In this document: one piece after another, positions 15,421 through 33,106 of the stretch | Layout of the letters: each line of letters opens with the position of its first letter | Position numbering within the stretch: the first letter of the stretch is position 1 | Source: the human T2T-CHM13v2.0 reference genome, Homo sapiens | Length of the DNA stretch: 64,000 bases | Assembly (NCBI RefSeq): GCF_009914755.1 | Contig: NC_060932.1 | Direction: 5' to 3' (one strand) | Position numbers and translations under genes: made by a program | The notes under the pieces: model-generated | Databases searched by the model: none | Seen by the model: the letters and a program-made list of their open reading frames with translations, nothing else | What the model was told of the DNA's origin: nothing

Positions 15421-15729
15421 TCAGTGGGTGCGCCCACCATGCACGAGCTGAAGCAGGGCGAGGCATTGCCTCACTCGGGAAGCGCAAGGGGTCAGGGAGT
15501 TACCTTTCCTAGTCAAAGAAAGGGGTGACAGACGGCACCTGGAAAATCGGGTCACTCCCACCCGAATACTGTGCTTTTCCGACGGGCTTAAAAAATGGCG
15601 CACCAGTAGATTATATCCTGCACGTGGCTTGGAGGCCCCTATGCCCACGGAGTCTCGCGGATTGCTAGCACAGCAGTCTGAGATCAAACTGCAAGGTGGC
15701 AGCGAGGCTGGGGGAGGGGTGCCCGCCAT
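15421..15729 (-). CDS. L1 antisense ORF0 homologue, open for 102 aa
   Basis: ATG at 15729 (minus) gives MAGTPPPASLPPCSLISDCCASNPRDSVGIG...IRVGVTRFSRC..., matching primate L1 ORF0. Expression is not shown by the sequence. Confidence 0.6.
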   Translation of the reverse strand: MAGTPPPASLPPCSLISDCCASNPRDSVGIGASKPRAGYNLLVRHFLSPSEKHSIRVGVTRFSRCRLSPLSLTRKGNSLTPCASRVRQCLALLQLVHGGRTH

Positions 15730-16183
15730 TGCCCAGGCTTGCTTAGGTAAACAAAGCATCCGGGAAGCTGGAACTGGGTGGAGCCCACCACAGCTCAAGG
15801 AGGCCTGCCTGCCTCTGTAGGCTCCACCTCTGGGGGCAGGGCACAGACAAACAAAAAGACAGCAGTAACCTCTGCAGACTTAAATGTCCCTGTCTGACAG
15901 CTTTGAAGAGAGCAGTGGTTCTCCCAGCATGCAGCTGGAGATCTGAGAACGTGCAGACTGCCTCCTCAAGTGGGTCCCTGACCCCTGACCACCTTGCAGC
16001 CTAACTGGGAGGCATCCCCCAGCAGGGGCAGACTGACACCTCACACGGCCGGGTACTCCAACAGACCTGCAGCTGAGGTCCTGTCTGTTAGAAGGAAAAC
16101 TAACAAACAGAAAGGACATCCACACCAAACACCCATCTGTACGTCACCATCATCAAAGACCAAAAGTAGATAAAACCACAAAG

Positions 16184-17199
16184 ATGGGGAAAAAACAGAG
16201 CAGAAAAACTGGAAACTCTAAAAAGCAGAGCGCCTCCCCTCCTCCAAAGGAACACAGTTCCTCACCAGGAATGGAGCAAAGCTGGACAGAGAATGACTTT
16301 GACGAGCTGAGAGAAGAAGGCTTCAGACGATCAAATTACTCCAAGCTACGGGAGGAAATTCAAACCAAAGGCAAAGAAGTTGAAAACTTTGAAAAAAATT
16401 TAGAAGAATGTATAACTAGAGTAACCAATACAGAGAAGTGCTTAAAGGAGCTGATGGAGCTGAAAACCAAGGCTCGATAACTATGTGAAGAATGCAGAAG
16501 CCTCAGGAGCCAATGTGATCAACTGGAAGAAAGGGTATCAGCGATGGAAGACAAAGTGAATGAAATGAAGCGAGAAGGGAAGTTTAGAGAAAAAAGAATA
16601 AACAGAAACGAGCAAAGCTTCCAAGAAATATGGGACTATGTGAAAAGACCAAATCTATGCCTGATTGGTGTACCTGAAAGTGATGGGGAGAATGGAACCA
16701 AGTTGGAAAACACTCTGCAGGATATTATCCGGGAGAACTTCCCCAATCTAGCAAGGCAGGCCAACATTCAGATCAGGAAATACAGAGAACGCCACAAAGA
16801 CACTCCTCGAGAAGAGCAACGCCAAGACACATAATTGTCAGATTCACCAAAGTTGAAATGAAGGAAAAAACGTTAAGGGCAGCCAGAGAGAAAGGTCGGG
16901 TTACCCTCAAAGGGAAGTCCATCAGACTAACAGCGGATCTCTCAGCAGAAACTCTACAAGCCAGAAGAGAGTGGGGGCCAATATTCAACATTCTTAAAGA
17001 AAAGAATTTTCAATCCAGAATTTCATATCCAGCCAAAGTAAGCTTCATAAGTGAAGGAGAAATAAAATACTTTACAGACAAGCAAATGCTGAGAGATTTT
17101 GTCACCACCAGGCCTGCCCTAAAAGAGCTCCTGAAGGAAGCACTAAACATGGAAAGGAAAAACCGGTACCAGCCGCTGCAAAATCATGCCAAAATGTAA
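16184..17199 (+). pseudogene. L1 ORF1p, disrupted
   Basis: MGKKQSRKTGNSK...RYQPLQNHAKM, broken by TAA at 16478-16480 and a frameshift near 16770. Confidence 0.93.
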
Positions 17200-17262
17200 A
17201 GACCATCGAGACTAGGAAGAAACTGCATCAACTAACGAGCAAAATAACCAGCTAACATCATA

Positions 17263-21085
<3,823 letters not shown>

Positions 21086-21327
21086 ACAATGAGAACTCAT
21101 GGACACAGGAAGGGGAACATCACACTCTGGGGACTGTTGTGGGGTAGGGGGAGGGGAGAGGGATAGCATTGGGAGATATACCTAATGCTAGATGACGAGT
21201 TAGTGGGTGCAGCGCACCAGCATGGCACATGTATACATATGTAACTAACCTGCACATTGTGCACATGTACCCTAAAACTTAAAGTATAATAATAATAAAT
21301 AAATAAATAAATAAATAAATAAATGAA

Positions 21328-21358
<31 letters not shown>

Positions 21359-21375
21359 AAAATAAAAACATACAT

Positions 21376-21488
21376 ACAGGGTCTCACTGTGTTGCCTAGG
21401 CTGGTCTCGAGCTCCTGAGCTCAAGTTATCCACTCGTCTTGGCCTCCCAAAGTGTTGGGGTTACAGATGTAAGCCACCACACCCAGCC
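21376..21488 (-). mobile_element. FLAM / Alu left monomer; its tail hosts the AluS and L1PA insertions
   Basis: acagggtctcactgtgttgcc...cacccagcc. TSD ATTAGCCTTT at 21491-21500 is matched at 14942-14951. Confidence 0.8.
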
Positions 21489-21952
21489 TTATTAGCCTTT
21501 TTGCAAGCAGAATTGTGATTATTTCATGCCCAAAGTACTTTATACACCAATTTGAGTATTCATACATCAGCTTCTAAAAGCATGGTTGAAGCCATGGTGC
21601 GGTGCACAGTCTCTCGAACAACATTTGCACTTTTGTATGATTAACCATCTTGATCATTCAGTCTGGGATGGAATTACTAGAATAGTGCTCTGAAGTTTAA
21701 AGAAATGATGGAAATGGAGAAAATAAGATGATACTAAGAAAAATATAAATAAGACAACATAAAAATGATTAATGTATAGAGATTAAGGATATACATATAT
21801 CCTTAATTGGATGTTACTTAGTTTTAATGTGGTCATTTACACATTCAATTTTAAATGGAAAAGCAAACATAAACACATAAAATACTAGAACTATATAGAG
21901 ATAAGTGTGTCTGAAAGGTGAGATGTAATCACAGATTTCAATAAAGTATTAG

Positions 21953-22240
21953 AGACTCACTCTTGTAATCCTAGCACTTTGAGTCAGGAAGATTGCTTGA
22001 GTCCAGGAGTTTGAGACCAGCCTGGACGACACAGGAAAACTCCATCTCTTACAAAAAAATACAAAAATTAGCCAGGCATGGTGGCACATGCTTATACTCC
22101 CAGCCACTCAGGAGGCTAATGTGGGAGAATCATTTGACACCGGGAAGTCAAGGATGCAGTGGGCCATGATCATGCCACTCCCACTGCAGCCTGGGCAACA
22201 GAGTGATACCCTGTCTCAATAAAAACCAAACAAATAAAAA
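21953..22240 (+). mobile_element. AluJ
   Basis: Diverged dimeric Alu with a degenerate A tail. Confidence 0.88.
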
Positions 22241-24129
22241 GAAAATATTAAAGATTCAGTGGTGTTCTGAATACAATGGTGTTTACCCCTTGCACTGGAC
22301 TCCAAGTTCCTTACAAGAGGATCCCAGCTTAATTGGTCTTTATACCCCTAGTGCCTAGGATGGGTGCTGCCTCTTGGTAGACATTCAAGAGACCTATGTT
22401 GAACCAACTCATTTAATTGTGTACAAGCCTCTAACTTTATTAACAGCAGATATTCAATACCACTCTCTTTATATAAAAATTTAAAGTACTTCTTAGTGGT
22501 TAGAGTTTCCCTTTGTTTCTGTGCACCCACAAGAAAGCATTCCTTTCTAAACTTCATGTATAACCCTAACCAAGATTAAACCACTCAGATGGTCTAAACA
22601 GATGCTGGCTCTTCTGTACATGCCAAAATTCAGCTTTGTACTATTCTTACTTTTTATATCTCTACTATTTCACTAACCAGCCACCGAAGTGACAAAATAA
22701 ACGGATGCAATTTTTACATATGTACAAAACGACTACCATTTCAATGAATTCCAGCCCTTCTGCCTCTTTTGTGCAAGCTTTTCACTGGTGCCAGTGAGAC
22801 CTTGGCTAGAGAAAGCAGAAGAGATTGGTCCATTATTGGAGAATGGAGAGGAAGGAGAGTCTTATGAAAGTGGGATCATTATAATGCTTCCCATTAAAAC
22901 ATTTTTAGTGCTCACATTTCAGGCTTAACACAGTCTACCCAGTAAGTTGGCAATATCCCAGATCCAAGAACCAATACGCTACTCAATGCTTCCTGAGGCT
23001 TCTCAAGCAATGAAGCAGGCAGCTCTTTCTCTTTTCTGATCACCATCAAAAGAATAAATTACTAAACAATAGACAATCCTGCTTCATTTAGAACATAGGA
23101 AGCACTTCACAATAGTATTGCTGTCCTTTTTGGTCTAATGCAGCAGCTGTTTTAAAGGCATCGCATTAGACCTCAAAAATTATTAATCCAATTAATAATA
23201 ATTTAATCCATTAAAATACATATTACACACTAAGTGCAGACTGTCAATTTTAATGAAGTTGCAAAATTGTCTACAAAAGGGGTCTTAGAAAAATCTGTTT
23301 CTTCGTGATGTTGTGATAAGATCTTTCTTTAGAATGTCAAAGACTTTGCTAAGTAATTAAATAGATTTTTAAGGCAAACAGATCTTCGTTCCTTAAATAA
23401 CAATGAATAGACTCCCTATAAACATAACCCTACTCTGGATGCTTATGAAACTATAGTCTGACCCTGAAAAGTTTTTCTCTGTGGTGAAGTAATGTGTGCA
23501 ATCACACCCATGGTATATCATCTTTACAACCTGTGTGTTCTTCCTGATACTGCTGGGTTGAGCAATCTCCATCGGTCAGTGCAAAATGAGCCAAATTTAT
23601 CTTTCAGTTTCTGCAGTTTCATTTATTCTGCAACCTCAAAAAACAAACAGCAAGTTTGGCATTAGTCTTGTTACTAAGCTAGTGGTTAGCAATTTCTAAC
23701 AACTTAACAAAGAGGTTGGAATCAATGGTTTCAAATTCTGATTAATACATGGCTATTTAAGCTACAAAGGAAATAAAGGCATCTAATCAGGATATTCTTG
23801 AAGTCAGTAGAGCTGCCTGCTTCCAATCAGTAATCCTATACACCAAAACATTTTCTGAGAAGTACATTTATAGATGTATTTTTGAACTTCCTGTGTGTCT
23901 TGCTATGAGAAGAAAAACATCCCTAAAAAATACAATTCTGCAAAACAGAAAAAGGCAAGCAATCTGTGAAGCAGACACATGCTGTTCATGACCTTCTGAG
24001 ACTTCCTTTTAGGTGGCAGTTAGCAATATTGTGTCACCTATGATCTGGCAAAACAGAGGGTAACAAAATCAAGTGTGTCAGCAAAAATACCTGACCCCCC
24101 GCCCCTCAAAAAAAAAGTGTGTTTGTGTG

Positions 24130-24492
24130 TGTATTAGTCTGTTCTCATGCTGCTAATAAAGACATATCCGAGACTGGATAATTTATAAAGAAAAAGAGGT
24201 TTAATGGACTCACAGTTCCACATGGCTGGGGAGGCCTCACAATCATGGCAGAAGATGAGGAGGATAAAAGTCATGTTTTACATGGCAGCAGGCAAGAGAG
24301 CATATGCAGAGGAACTCCCCTTATAAAACCATCAGATCTCGTGAAACTTATTCACTGTCATGAGAATAGGATGGTAAAGACCCACCACCATGATTCAATT
24401 ACCTCCCACCAGCTACCTCCCACAACACACGGGAATTAAGGGAGCTACAATTTGTGATGAGATATGCATGGGGACACAGCCAAATCATATCA
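24130..24492 (-). mobile_element. THE1B-like MaLR solo LTR
   Basis: tgtattagtctgttctcatgctgctaataaagacat...cagccaaatcatatca, with TSD GTGTG on both sides. Confidence 0.9.
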
Positions 24493-26254
24493 GTGTGTGT
24501 ATCTAACAACACAGTAACAGAAATTGTAGCTTATTAATAATATTTTACATGAGGGAAATACACTAAGGAACTATAATCAAAAGTTATTGACTAAGTTTCT
24601 GTCAATTAATACTTACCTATGTGAAAAATTTGTCTAGACACATAAGACAAAGAAGAGAAGGAATTTACTAGAAAACCATCCTCAAGGAGCTTGTCACTTA
24701 GTTGGGCCAAAAATACATAGAAAGATGATAACTCTAACAAGCAGAATACAAATGACTAAGAAGTGGCAGAGACAATAAATGCTGGGCATCAAAGGATCAC
24801 TTTGGGCCAGGAATGTCAGTAATTATTTCCAGAAAGGTAAATATTAGCAACACTGAGCTTTGTGATTCAGAAGCACAAGCTTCACCTTCTGGTAATTCCC
24901 CTGGGCAAATTCCTTGATCATGAATATGATCATTTAAAAATCAATTAGTAGGCCACTCTATTCACATGATTTCACAGTCTCCCATCTTCTTTTGCAAGGG
25001 TCAAGTAAAACTAACATCATGTTCAATAAAACATCGTATTAACACTTCTAAATAGTTGTGGAAATAATCCATAGTGCCTATTTTGAGCTAAACCCAAAAA
25101 CAAATATAATAAAAATAACAAAACACAAATGTATTTTTTGAAACTATGAATATTAGAAAAAAAAACTCTTAAGCTTCCATTAAACTATTTGCCTCCTTGA
25201 GGTAAACAGCAGAAAAGAGGAAAATGATGAAGATACTCTCATGAGTAGAATTGTGCTTAAGATAAACTGGCACAACCAAGTCAACTTACAGCTAAAGACA
25301 CAAGCAGATAATGACAGAGAGACAGAGAGAATAAGAATGAAGTACTCCAACCCCCAAATGATAGAGATACCAGAGGAAATGAAAAGAGCCAGCAATACTC
25401 AAGGGAATAAAATTCAACTGGACAGGAGAATCCACTATAGATATTATAGAAGAACTACGAATTTCTGTGGCAATGATGCAGGTCTTGAGAGAATGAATGG
25501 CATGAACATTTAACAACACATAATTCTAAAAACAAACAAAATAGGGCCAATGAAGAAAAAAATGACTGGAAATGAAATGTTTAGAGTATTGGATGTTTGT
25601 ATGAAGAAGAATTAAATTAGATATAAATGTCATGTCATAAACCACAATAAATTCCAAATGAGTTAAATGTGAAACACACACTGAAAACTATGTGTCCAGT
25701 AAAATAGAAAAATAAATTTGTAAAATAACAGGATAAAATTTTTAAAAGAAACCAATGAAATTCCAAAATTGACAACATAGCTAATAGAAGTTTCAAATTC
25801 TAAACATATTAAAAACTTGAATAAAATCACTGCTCAAATTTCACTGGAGATAGGAAAGAAATATAAATCAAATTTCAGTTATCACTACACATCTGTAAAA
25901 TCAATCATAATAAATACAAATAAATAAGACTCAAGGTTAAAGAAAAAAATTATGCAGGAAAGGAAAGCTATTCATAATCAATTACTTGACTTATTGACAA
26001 GCAATATTTACAAAGACATAACAATAAAGAGTGTCTACCAACTTCACAGTGGGGATTGTGGTAGGTAAGTGAGCACGAGAGGAATACAAAAATTAAGTGG
26101 ATGTCAGTTGTTAATGTGTAAAACTTATAGCTAAGGAATAGCAAGTGAAGCATTTTTAAAAATAATATGGACCTAATTACCTGAAGAAACAAAAAGAGGT
26201 GACTTATTGCTCTGGAGGCAGGACTTGTGGCATAAAAATGGTGGAGCAGATGGT

Positions 26255-26392
26255 GTTTTTTGTTTTAATTTTAATACAGATGAGATCTCCCTATGTTGCC
26301 TAGGTTGATCTTGAACTCATCACCTCAAGCAATCCTCCCACCTCAGCCTCTCAGAGTACTGGGATTATAAGCATGAGTTACCTCACCCAGCC
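26255..26392 (-). mobile_element. FLAM Alu monomer
   Basis: Single Alu arm with a T-rich tail. Confidence 0.8.
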
Positions 26393-26403
26393 CAGAAGGC
26401 TGT

Positions 26404-28290
26404 TTATTTTTCTTAACTGTATATTGACAATTTTTAATTACATAAATTTATGGGGTACAAAATGATGTTATGATTTATGTATACAATGTGAAATAATTAA
26501 ATCAAGCTAGTTAACATATCCATCAATTCAAATACCTAACTTTTTTGTGATGAGAGCATTTGAAATTTACTCTCTTAGCAATTTTGAAATGCACAATACT
26601 TTATTATTAACTAGATTCACAATGCTGTGCAATAATACTAAAAAAATGCACATTCCTCCTGTTTAACTGAGATTTTGTACCCTTTGACAATCATCTCCCA
26701 ATTCGCCTTTCCCAGCCTCCACCTCTGTAACCACCATTCTACTCTCTGCTTCTGAGTTCAGTTGTTTAAATTTCCACATTTAGTGAGTACATGCAGTATT
26801 GGTCTTTCTGTGCCTGGCTTATCTTGCTTAGCATAATGTTATCCAATTACATCCATGTTGTCACAAATGACAGGATTTTCTTCTTTTTAATGGCTCACTA
26901 GTATTCCATTGTGTATATCTGCCACATTTTCTTTATGCTTTCATCTGTTGATGGACACGTTGGTTGACTCCATTACTTGGCTACTGTAAATAATGCTACA
27001 ATGACCACAGGAGTGTAGACATCTCTTTGACAAACTGATTTCAAATATTTCGGGTACATACCCAGAAGTGAGATTGCTGGATCATCTGGTGATTCCATTT
27101 TTAGTTTTCTGAGGAATCTCAATTCAGTTTTCCTTAATGGCTGCACTAATTTACATTCCCACCAATAGTGTATGAGTGTTCCCTTTTTCCCATCTCCTTG
27201 ACAACACTTGTTATCTTTCGTCTTTTTTATAATAACCATTTTGACAGGTGTGACATGATATCTCATTGTGGTTTTGATTTATAGCTTCCTAATGATTAGT
27301 GATAGTGAACATTTTTTTCATACATCTGTTGGCTGTTTGTATATCTTCTTTTGAGAAATGTCTATTAGGGTTCCCTGCCCATTTCTTAATTGGGTTTTTT
27401 GTTTCCTTGTTACTGAGTTGTTTGAGTTCCTTATGTATTTTGGGTGGTAACCCCTTATCAGATGTATGGCCTGCAAATATTATTTTCTCCCATTCTATAG
27501 ATTGTCTCTGTGTCTCCCATTCTGAAGGAGGATCCAACAATCTCACTTCTGGGCATTTACCTCAAAGATTTGAAATCACTTTGTTGAAGAGATGTCTGCC
27601 CTCCCACCTTCATTGCATCATTATTCACAACAGCCAGTTCTGTAGGTTGTCTCCACTGTTACCTTCACTGTGGAGAAGGAAGAAGTGAAATTGTTACTGT
27701 CTGCTGACAGCATGATTTTATATAGACAAAACCCAGCCAGCCACTGGGTCTCACACCTGTAATCCTGGCACTTTGGTAGGCCAAGGTGGACAGATCACGT
27801 AAGCTCAGGAGTTCAAGAACAGCCTGGGAAATGTGGAGAGGTCTTGCCTCTACAAAAAGTACAAAGGTTAGCCAGGTGTGGTGGCACACACCTGTAGTCC
27901 CACCTACTCAGGAGGCTGAGGTGGGAGGATTGCTTGAGCCTGGGAGGCAGAGTTTGTAGTGAGCCATGATCACACCACTGCATTCTAGCCTGGGCAATAG
28001 AGTGCAACCCCATCTCAAAATAAATAAATAAATAAATAAAATAAAAAATAAACCTGCAGACAGACTCCACAAATAAAAACTGTTAGAACTAATAAACAAA
28101 GTTGCACAAGAATCAGTAGCATTTCTGTATAATAATGTATACTAACAACAAACTATCTGAAAAGAAATGAAGAGTCAATCCCATTTACAATAGATAGCAA
28201 AAAAAGAAAATGCTTAGGAATAAATTTAACCAAGGAAGTGAAAGACCTGCACACTGAAAACTAGAAGACATTGATGAAAGAAATCAAAGA
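26404..28290 (-). mobile_element. L1MA-type element with 5' inversion (minus-strand 3' part ~26404-27520; plus-strand ORF2 part ~27670-28290)
   Basis: Antisense L1MA 3'UTR and ORF2 end (ORFs 26973..27266 and 27289..27546), then sense-strand ORF2 RT-region sequence. Confidence 0.8.
27735..28050 (+). mobile_element. AluJ with (AAAT)n tail
   Basis: Diverged dimeric Alu inside the L1 fragment. Confidence 0.88.
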
Positions 28291-28766
28291 CCGTTGTTTT
28301 AATAAGCCTTTTAATACTACAGTCAGTTGTGTGATGATGCTTGCTTTGAAAACCAAATTTGTCCTGGCACAATTAATTAACTTATTCATTTGGGAAAATT
28401 ACTCAAATTTCCCATTTTCTTATGCATGATTTTGTCTGCAAGAAACACTAGGAATATTTCATCCAACTGAACTAAATTGTAGGAATACACAAAACACATA
28501 CCCCCTTCCAATTCCTACTAGCTAACTCCATTCACCATGCATGTGAGCCACACCCATTCACATCCCTTATTATGTACATCATATTACTCTAAAAGATGAG
28601 CAGCATTGAATATATACACCTGGTGTTCTTTGTCACACCAACATTAGTCATTTCAGGTTTTTTTTTTTTTATTTGCTGTTAACTACTTAAAATATTTACT
28701 TCCTAGTCATTATGAGTCAAATCAATGTGTGCCACTCATGAAGTATTTTGAGTGTCAGGCCTGTAA

Positions 28767-29107
<341 letters not shown>

Positions 29108-29155
29108 TTGTGATGTGTGTTTGTTGCTAGTTTTTATTGTTGTTGCCAGTGTGTA

Positions 29156-29456
29156 TTTTTTTTTTTTTTTTTTTGAGACGGAGTCTCACTCTTTCACCCA
29201 GGCTGGAGTGCAGTGGCGCGATCTCGGCTCACTGCAGGCTCTGCCCGCCGGGGTTCACGCCATTCTCCTGCCTCAGCCTCCCACGTAGCTGGGACTACAG
29301 GCCCCCGCCACCTCGCCCAGCTAATTTTTTGTATTTTTAGTAGAGACAGGGTTTCACCGTGTTAGCCAGGATGGTCTCGATCTCCTGACCTCGTGATCCG
29401 CCCGCCTCGGCCTTCCAAAGTGCTGGGATTACAGGCGTGAGCCACCGCGCCCGGCC
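29156..29456 (-). mobile_element. AluY
   Basis: Y diagnostics ttcacgccattctcc and ccgtgttagccaggatggtctcgatc; CpG-rich; TSD AGTGTGTATTTTT. Confidence 0.93.
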
Positions 29457-29469
29457 ACTAGTGTGTATT

Positions 29470-31150
29470 TTTAAAAATTAATTGACTTCATTTTTTAGAG
29501 CAGTTTTAGCTTTACAGAAAAAATTGAATGGAAAACACAGAGAGTTCCCATATAATTTGCTTCCCTTTTATTAATTAACATCTTGCATTAGTGCTGTACA
29601 TTTATTACACTTGATAAGCCGATATTGATACATTATTAACTAAAGTCAATAGTTACATTAGAATTAACTCACCGTATGTTTATTGCGGCACTATTCACAA
29701 TAGCAAAGACTTGGAACCAACCCAAATGTCGAACAATGATAGACTGGATTAATAAAATGTGGCACGTATACACCATGGGATGTTACGCAGCCATAAAAAA
29801 TGATGAGCTCATGTCCTTTGTAGGGACATGGATGAAGCTGGAAACCATCATTCTCAGCAAATTATCGCAAGGACAAAAAACCAAACACTGCATGTTCTCA
29901 CTCATAGGTGGGAATTGAACAGTGAGAACACATGGACACAGGAAGGGGAACATCACACACACTGTTGTCGGGTGGGGGGAGTGGGGAGGGATAGCATCAG
30001 GAGATATACCTAATGCTGAATGACGAGTTAATGGGTGCAGCACACCAACATGGCACATGTATACATATGTAACAAATCTGCACGTTGTGCGCATGTACCC
30101 TAAAACTTAAAGTATAATAATAATAAAAAAAAAAGAATTCACTCTGTGTTGCAATTCTATGGGTTTTGACAAGCATATAATGACATGTATCCATCATGAT
30201 AGTATCATAAAGAATTGTTTCACTTCACTTAAATCTCCCTGTGCTCCCCCTATTAATCCTTTCCTTTCCTATCCCCCATCCCCAATCCTTGGCAACCACT
30301 GATCTTTTGTCTATCTCCACAGTTTTGTCTTTTCTAGAATGACATATAGTTGAAATCCTACAGTATGTAGCCTTTTCAGATTGGCTTCTCCCACTTAGCA
30401 ATATGCACCTAAGATTTCTCCATGTCTTTTCATGGTTTGATACCTCATTTCTTTTTATTGCAGAATAATATTCCATTGTCTGGATATACCATATTTTATT
30501 TATCTAATCACCTTCTGAAGGACATCTTGGTTTCTTCCAATTTTTGCTAATTATGAATAAAGCTGCTATAAACACCCATGTGCAGGTTTTTGTGTGAACA
30601 GGTTTTCAACCCATTTGGGTAAACAACAAGGGGTGTGATTGCTGGATCATGTGGTAAAAGTATGTTTAGTTTTATAAGAAACCACCAAACTGTCTTCCAA
30701 AGTGACTGTATAAAGTTGTATTCCCACCAGCAATGAATGAGAGTTTCTGATGCTCTACATCCTTGCCAGCATTTGGTGTTGTCAGTGTTCTGTATTTTGG
30801 CCATTCTGATAGATGTGTAGTGGCACCTTTTTTTAATTGCAATTCCCTAATGAGGTAGGCTCAGCCTCTTTTCATACGCTTGTTTGCCATCTCTATATCT
30901 CCTCTGGTCAGGTGTCTGTTCAGGTCTTTTGCCCATTTTTAAATTAAGTTGTTCGTTTTCTTATTTGTTGAGTTTAAAGAGGTTTTTGTATATTTTGTAT
31001 GCCAGTACTTTATCAGATATATGTTTTGCAAATATTTTCTCAAAGTCTGGCTTGTCTTTCCATTCCCTAAACAGTGTGTTTTGCAGAGCAGAAGTTTTTA
31101 ATTTTAATAAGGTACAACCTATCATTGTTTTCATGGATCATACTTTTTAT
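29470..31150 (-). mobile_element. L1MC1-like 3' fragment
   Basis: Antisense L1MC 3'UTR (acagagagttcccatata...taactaaagtcaatag) and ORF2 C-terminal remnants (ORFs 30225..30476 and 30547..30804). Confidence 0.75.
29671..30133 (+). mobile_element. 5'-truncated L1PA4/5-like 3' end
   Basis: ORF2 tail peptide ...SLIGGN*, 3'UTR, poly(A), and TSD AGAATT(A/C)ACTC. Confidence 0.9.
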
Positions 31151-31559
31151 TGCTTTATTCTGCACAGCTCAGTGATTTTCAGGAATTTATATAGTGTGTA
31201 ATGGCCACTGACCACATTTATCTTTCTCAACCATTCATTTATTTGGCCAGATAATTTCATTTTGGATAAGTTTCCCAAATAATTGGTACAAAAGTATTGA
31301 ATAGCATAATTTATTATGGTGAAAAAGTGGAATTCTAATGGAAAACAGTAGAGGCTGGGTAATTCAAGAGAATATTAACAACATGAAATACTAATATAGG
31401 TGTTCAAAACTGTTAGCATGTCAACATTCTTTACATACAAAAATAAGTTGATGCAAAGGTTGAAAGAAGAAAGCAGACTATAAAATATGTTTCATACATT
31501 AATTTCAACTAAGAAAAAATGTATTTTGACAAATAGAAATAAAAAGTTGGTAACATGCA

Positions 31560-31905
31560 TTAGAGCAAGTAACAAATCCCATGATCTTAGTACACATCTG
31601 TTTTTCACTCATGCAAAGTTAAATACAAATATTCGAGGTGGGCAGCAGCTAAAGGGTCCAGACGCCTTCCATCTGCGGCTCTGCCATCCCCTAGGTTCCT
31701 AGAGTTCTCGGCCAATTCCTCTGCATGGATCTCAGAGATGGAAGAAGAGTATGGGCGATCACAGAAGATTTCTAAAGGCCAAACTCAGAGGGCTGAACCC
31801 ACTTGCACCCAGACGGTCACATCAAGGCAGGCTAGGAAAAGTAGTCTAGCTCTGTGCCCAGGAGACAGAACAATTTTTCACCTACATAGACCGCTCTGCT
31901 CTTGG
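31560..31905 (-). mobile_element. Old MLT1-family LTR relic
   Basis: ttccatctgcggctctgccatcccctagg and ggctaggaaaagtagtctagctctgtgcccagga motifs. Confidence 0.5.
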
Positions 31906-32978
31906 CAAAAGTAGACCAGTTTTCATAGACTCCTTTCTCCTTTCAATTGTGCTTAAATCCATCATAGTATATCTCATTATTATCTTAATTCAGTTCCTGA
32001 GTCTGGATTATGAGAGTTTAGATACCACTTATGCAAGTCTATTAGGTTTCTGTATTCAGATAGCTAGAGTTTTGATAGCTAGGATTTATTCATTCCTTAT
32101 TTAAAAGAAAGAAAATTGAAATTTGCAGACTTTCTGAGTTCATCCCCTATCCTTCATTCAGACAATACCTCCTAAATCAACTCAGATTATTGCTTATCCT
32201 ATTTAAAATTTTTATAGCAAAATTATGTCTTGTCAAGGAAACAATGTATAACCATTTTTTCTCTAAGTGATTCACATTTCTAACTTAATTCTTTTATTTT
32301 TTAACATAAAGCAGAATTGCATAAAATTTTTTCTAAGTAGAAAAATATAACTCTAATTAGGGCTTCTAACCTGCATATTAAGAACCAGGGTTTGATTATG
32401 CATTGGTGGCATTCACCAGGGTCAGTTCCGGTAAAAGTGTTTTAGCATTAATTGTCTTACATGATATAAGCATCTGTAAAATTATATTTGGGGAGTAAAA
32501 TATCTTTATCAGAGTAATTCCTTCTTAATTTTTTTAAATGTTAATTATCATCTTTAGTATTGTTCTCTAGTTACTAATTTTAACAAAAGTTCTATGAAGT
32601 GTTGGAAATTTTATAGAGTAAGCCAATTATCATTACCACAAAAAAATTATTTTGTGTACTTCTTTGCTGGTTTTTCCAGGAGATTTTTATTATTAACTTG
32701 TCACATTGCATAAAATATTCCATTGGGGCTCTTAGTGAATATTTACATTTAATCTATGTTTAACTTAAACAGTATTCTCATTTTTACTATAGTTAGTCTA
32801 TAATGGTAAGTATCTTCCTCTGTATTTCTTACTAAAGTTTTATCATATTCTGTTAATATACATTTTATGTTTCAAGACAAATCACTATCCATTTATGCAG
32901 TCTTTTGTTATTTTATCTATTTATTTTCTAACTACATGTCATTAATGTACATAATTAATTTTTTAAAGAATTGTTTGA

Positions 32979-33106
32979 CCAACGTGGCACATGTATACCT
33001 ATGTAACAAACCTGCACATTGTGCACATGTACCCTAGAACTTAAAGTATAATAAAAATAAAAAATAAATAAATAAAATTAAATTCAAATGAAATGAACCT
33101 AAAAAA
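32979..33106 (+). mobile_element. Very short L1PA 3' end with a double A tail
   Basis: L1PA terminal ~70 nt, with a perfect 14-bp TSD AAAGAATTGTTTGA at 32965-32978 and 33107-33120. Confidence 0.88.

Noticed and set aside
21285-21368. (AAAT)n array as a CRISPR-like or functional repeat
   Set aside because: Microsatellite derived from the L1 poly(A) tail, with no spacers.
25241-25513. 90-aa ATG-initiated ORF
   Set aside because: A-rich sequence resembling a decayed L1 ORF1 region, with no supporting gene structure.
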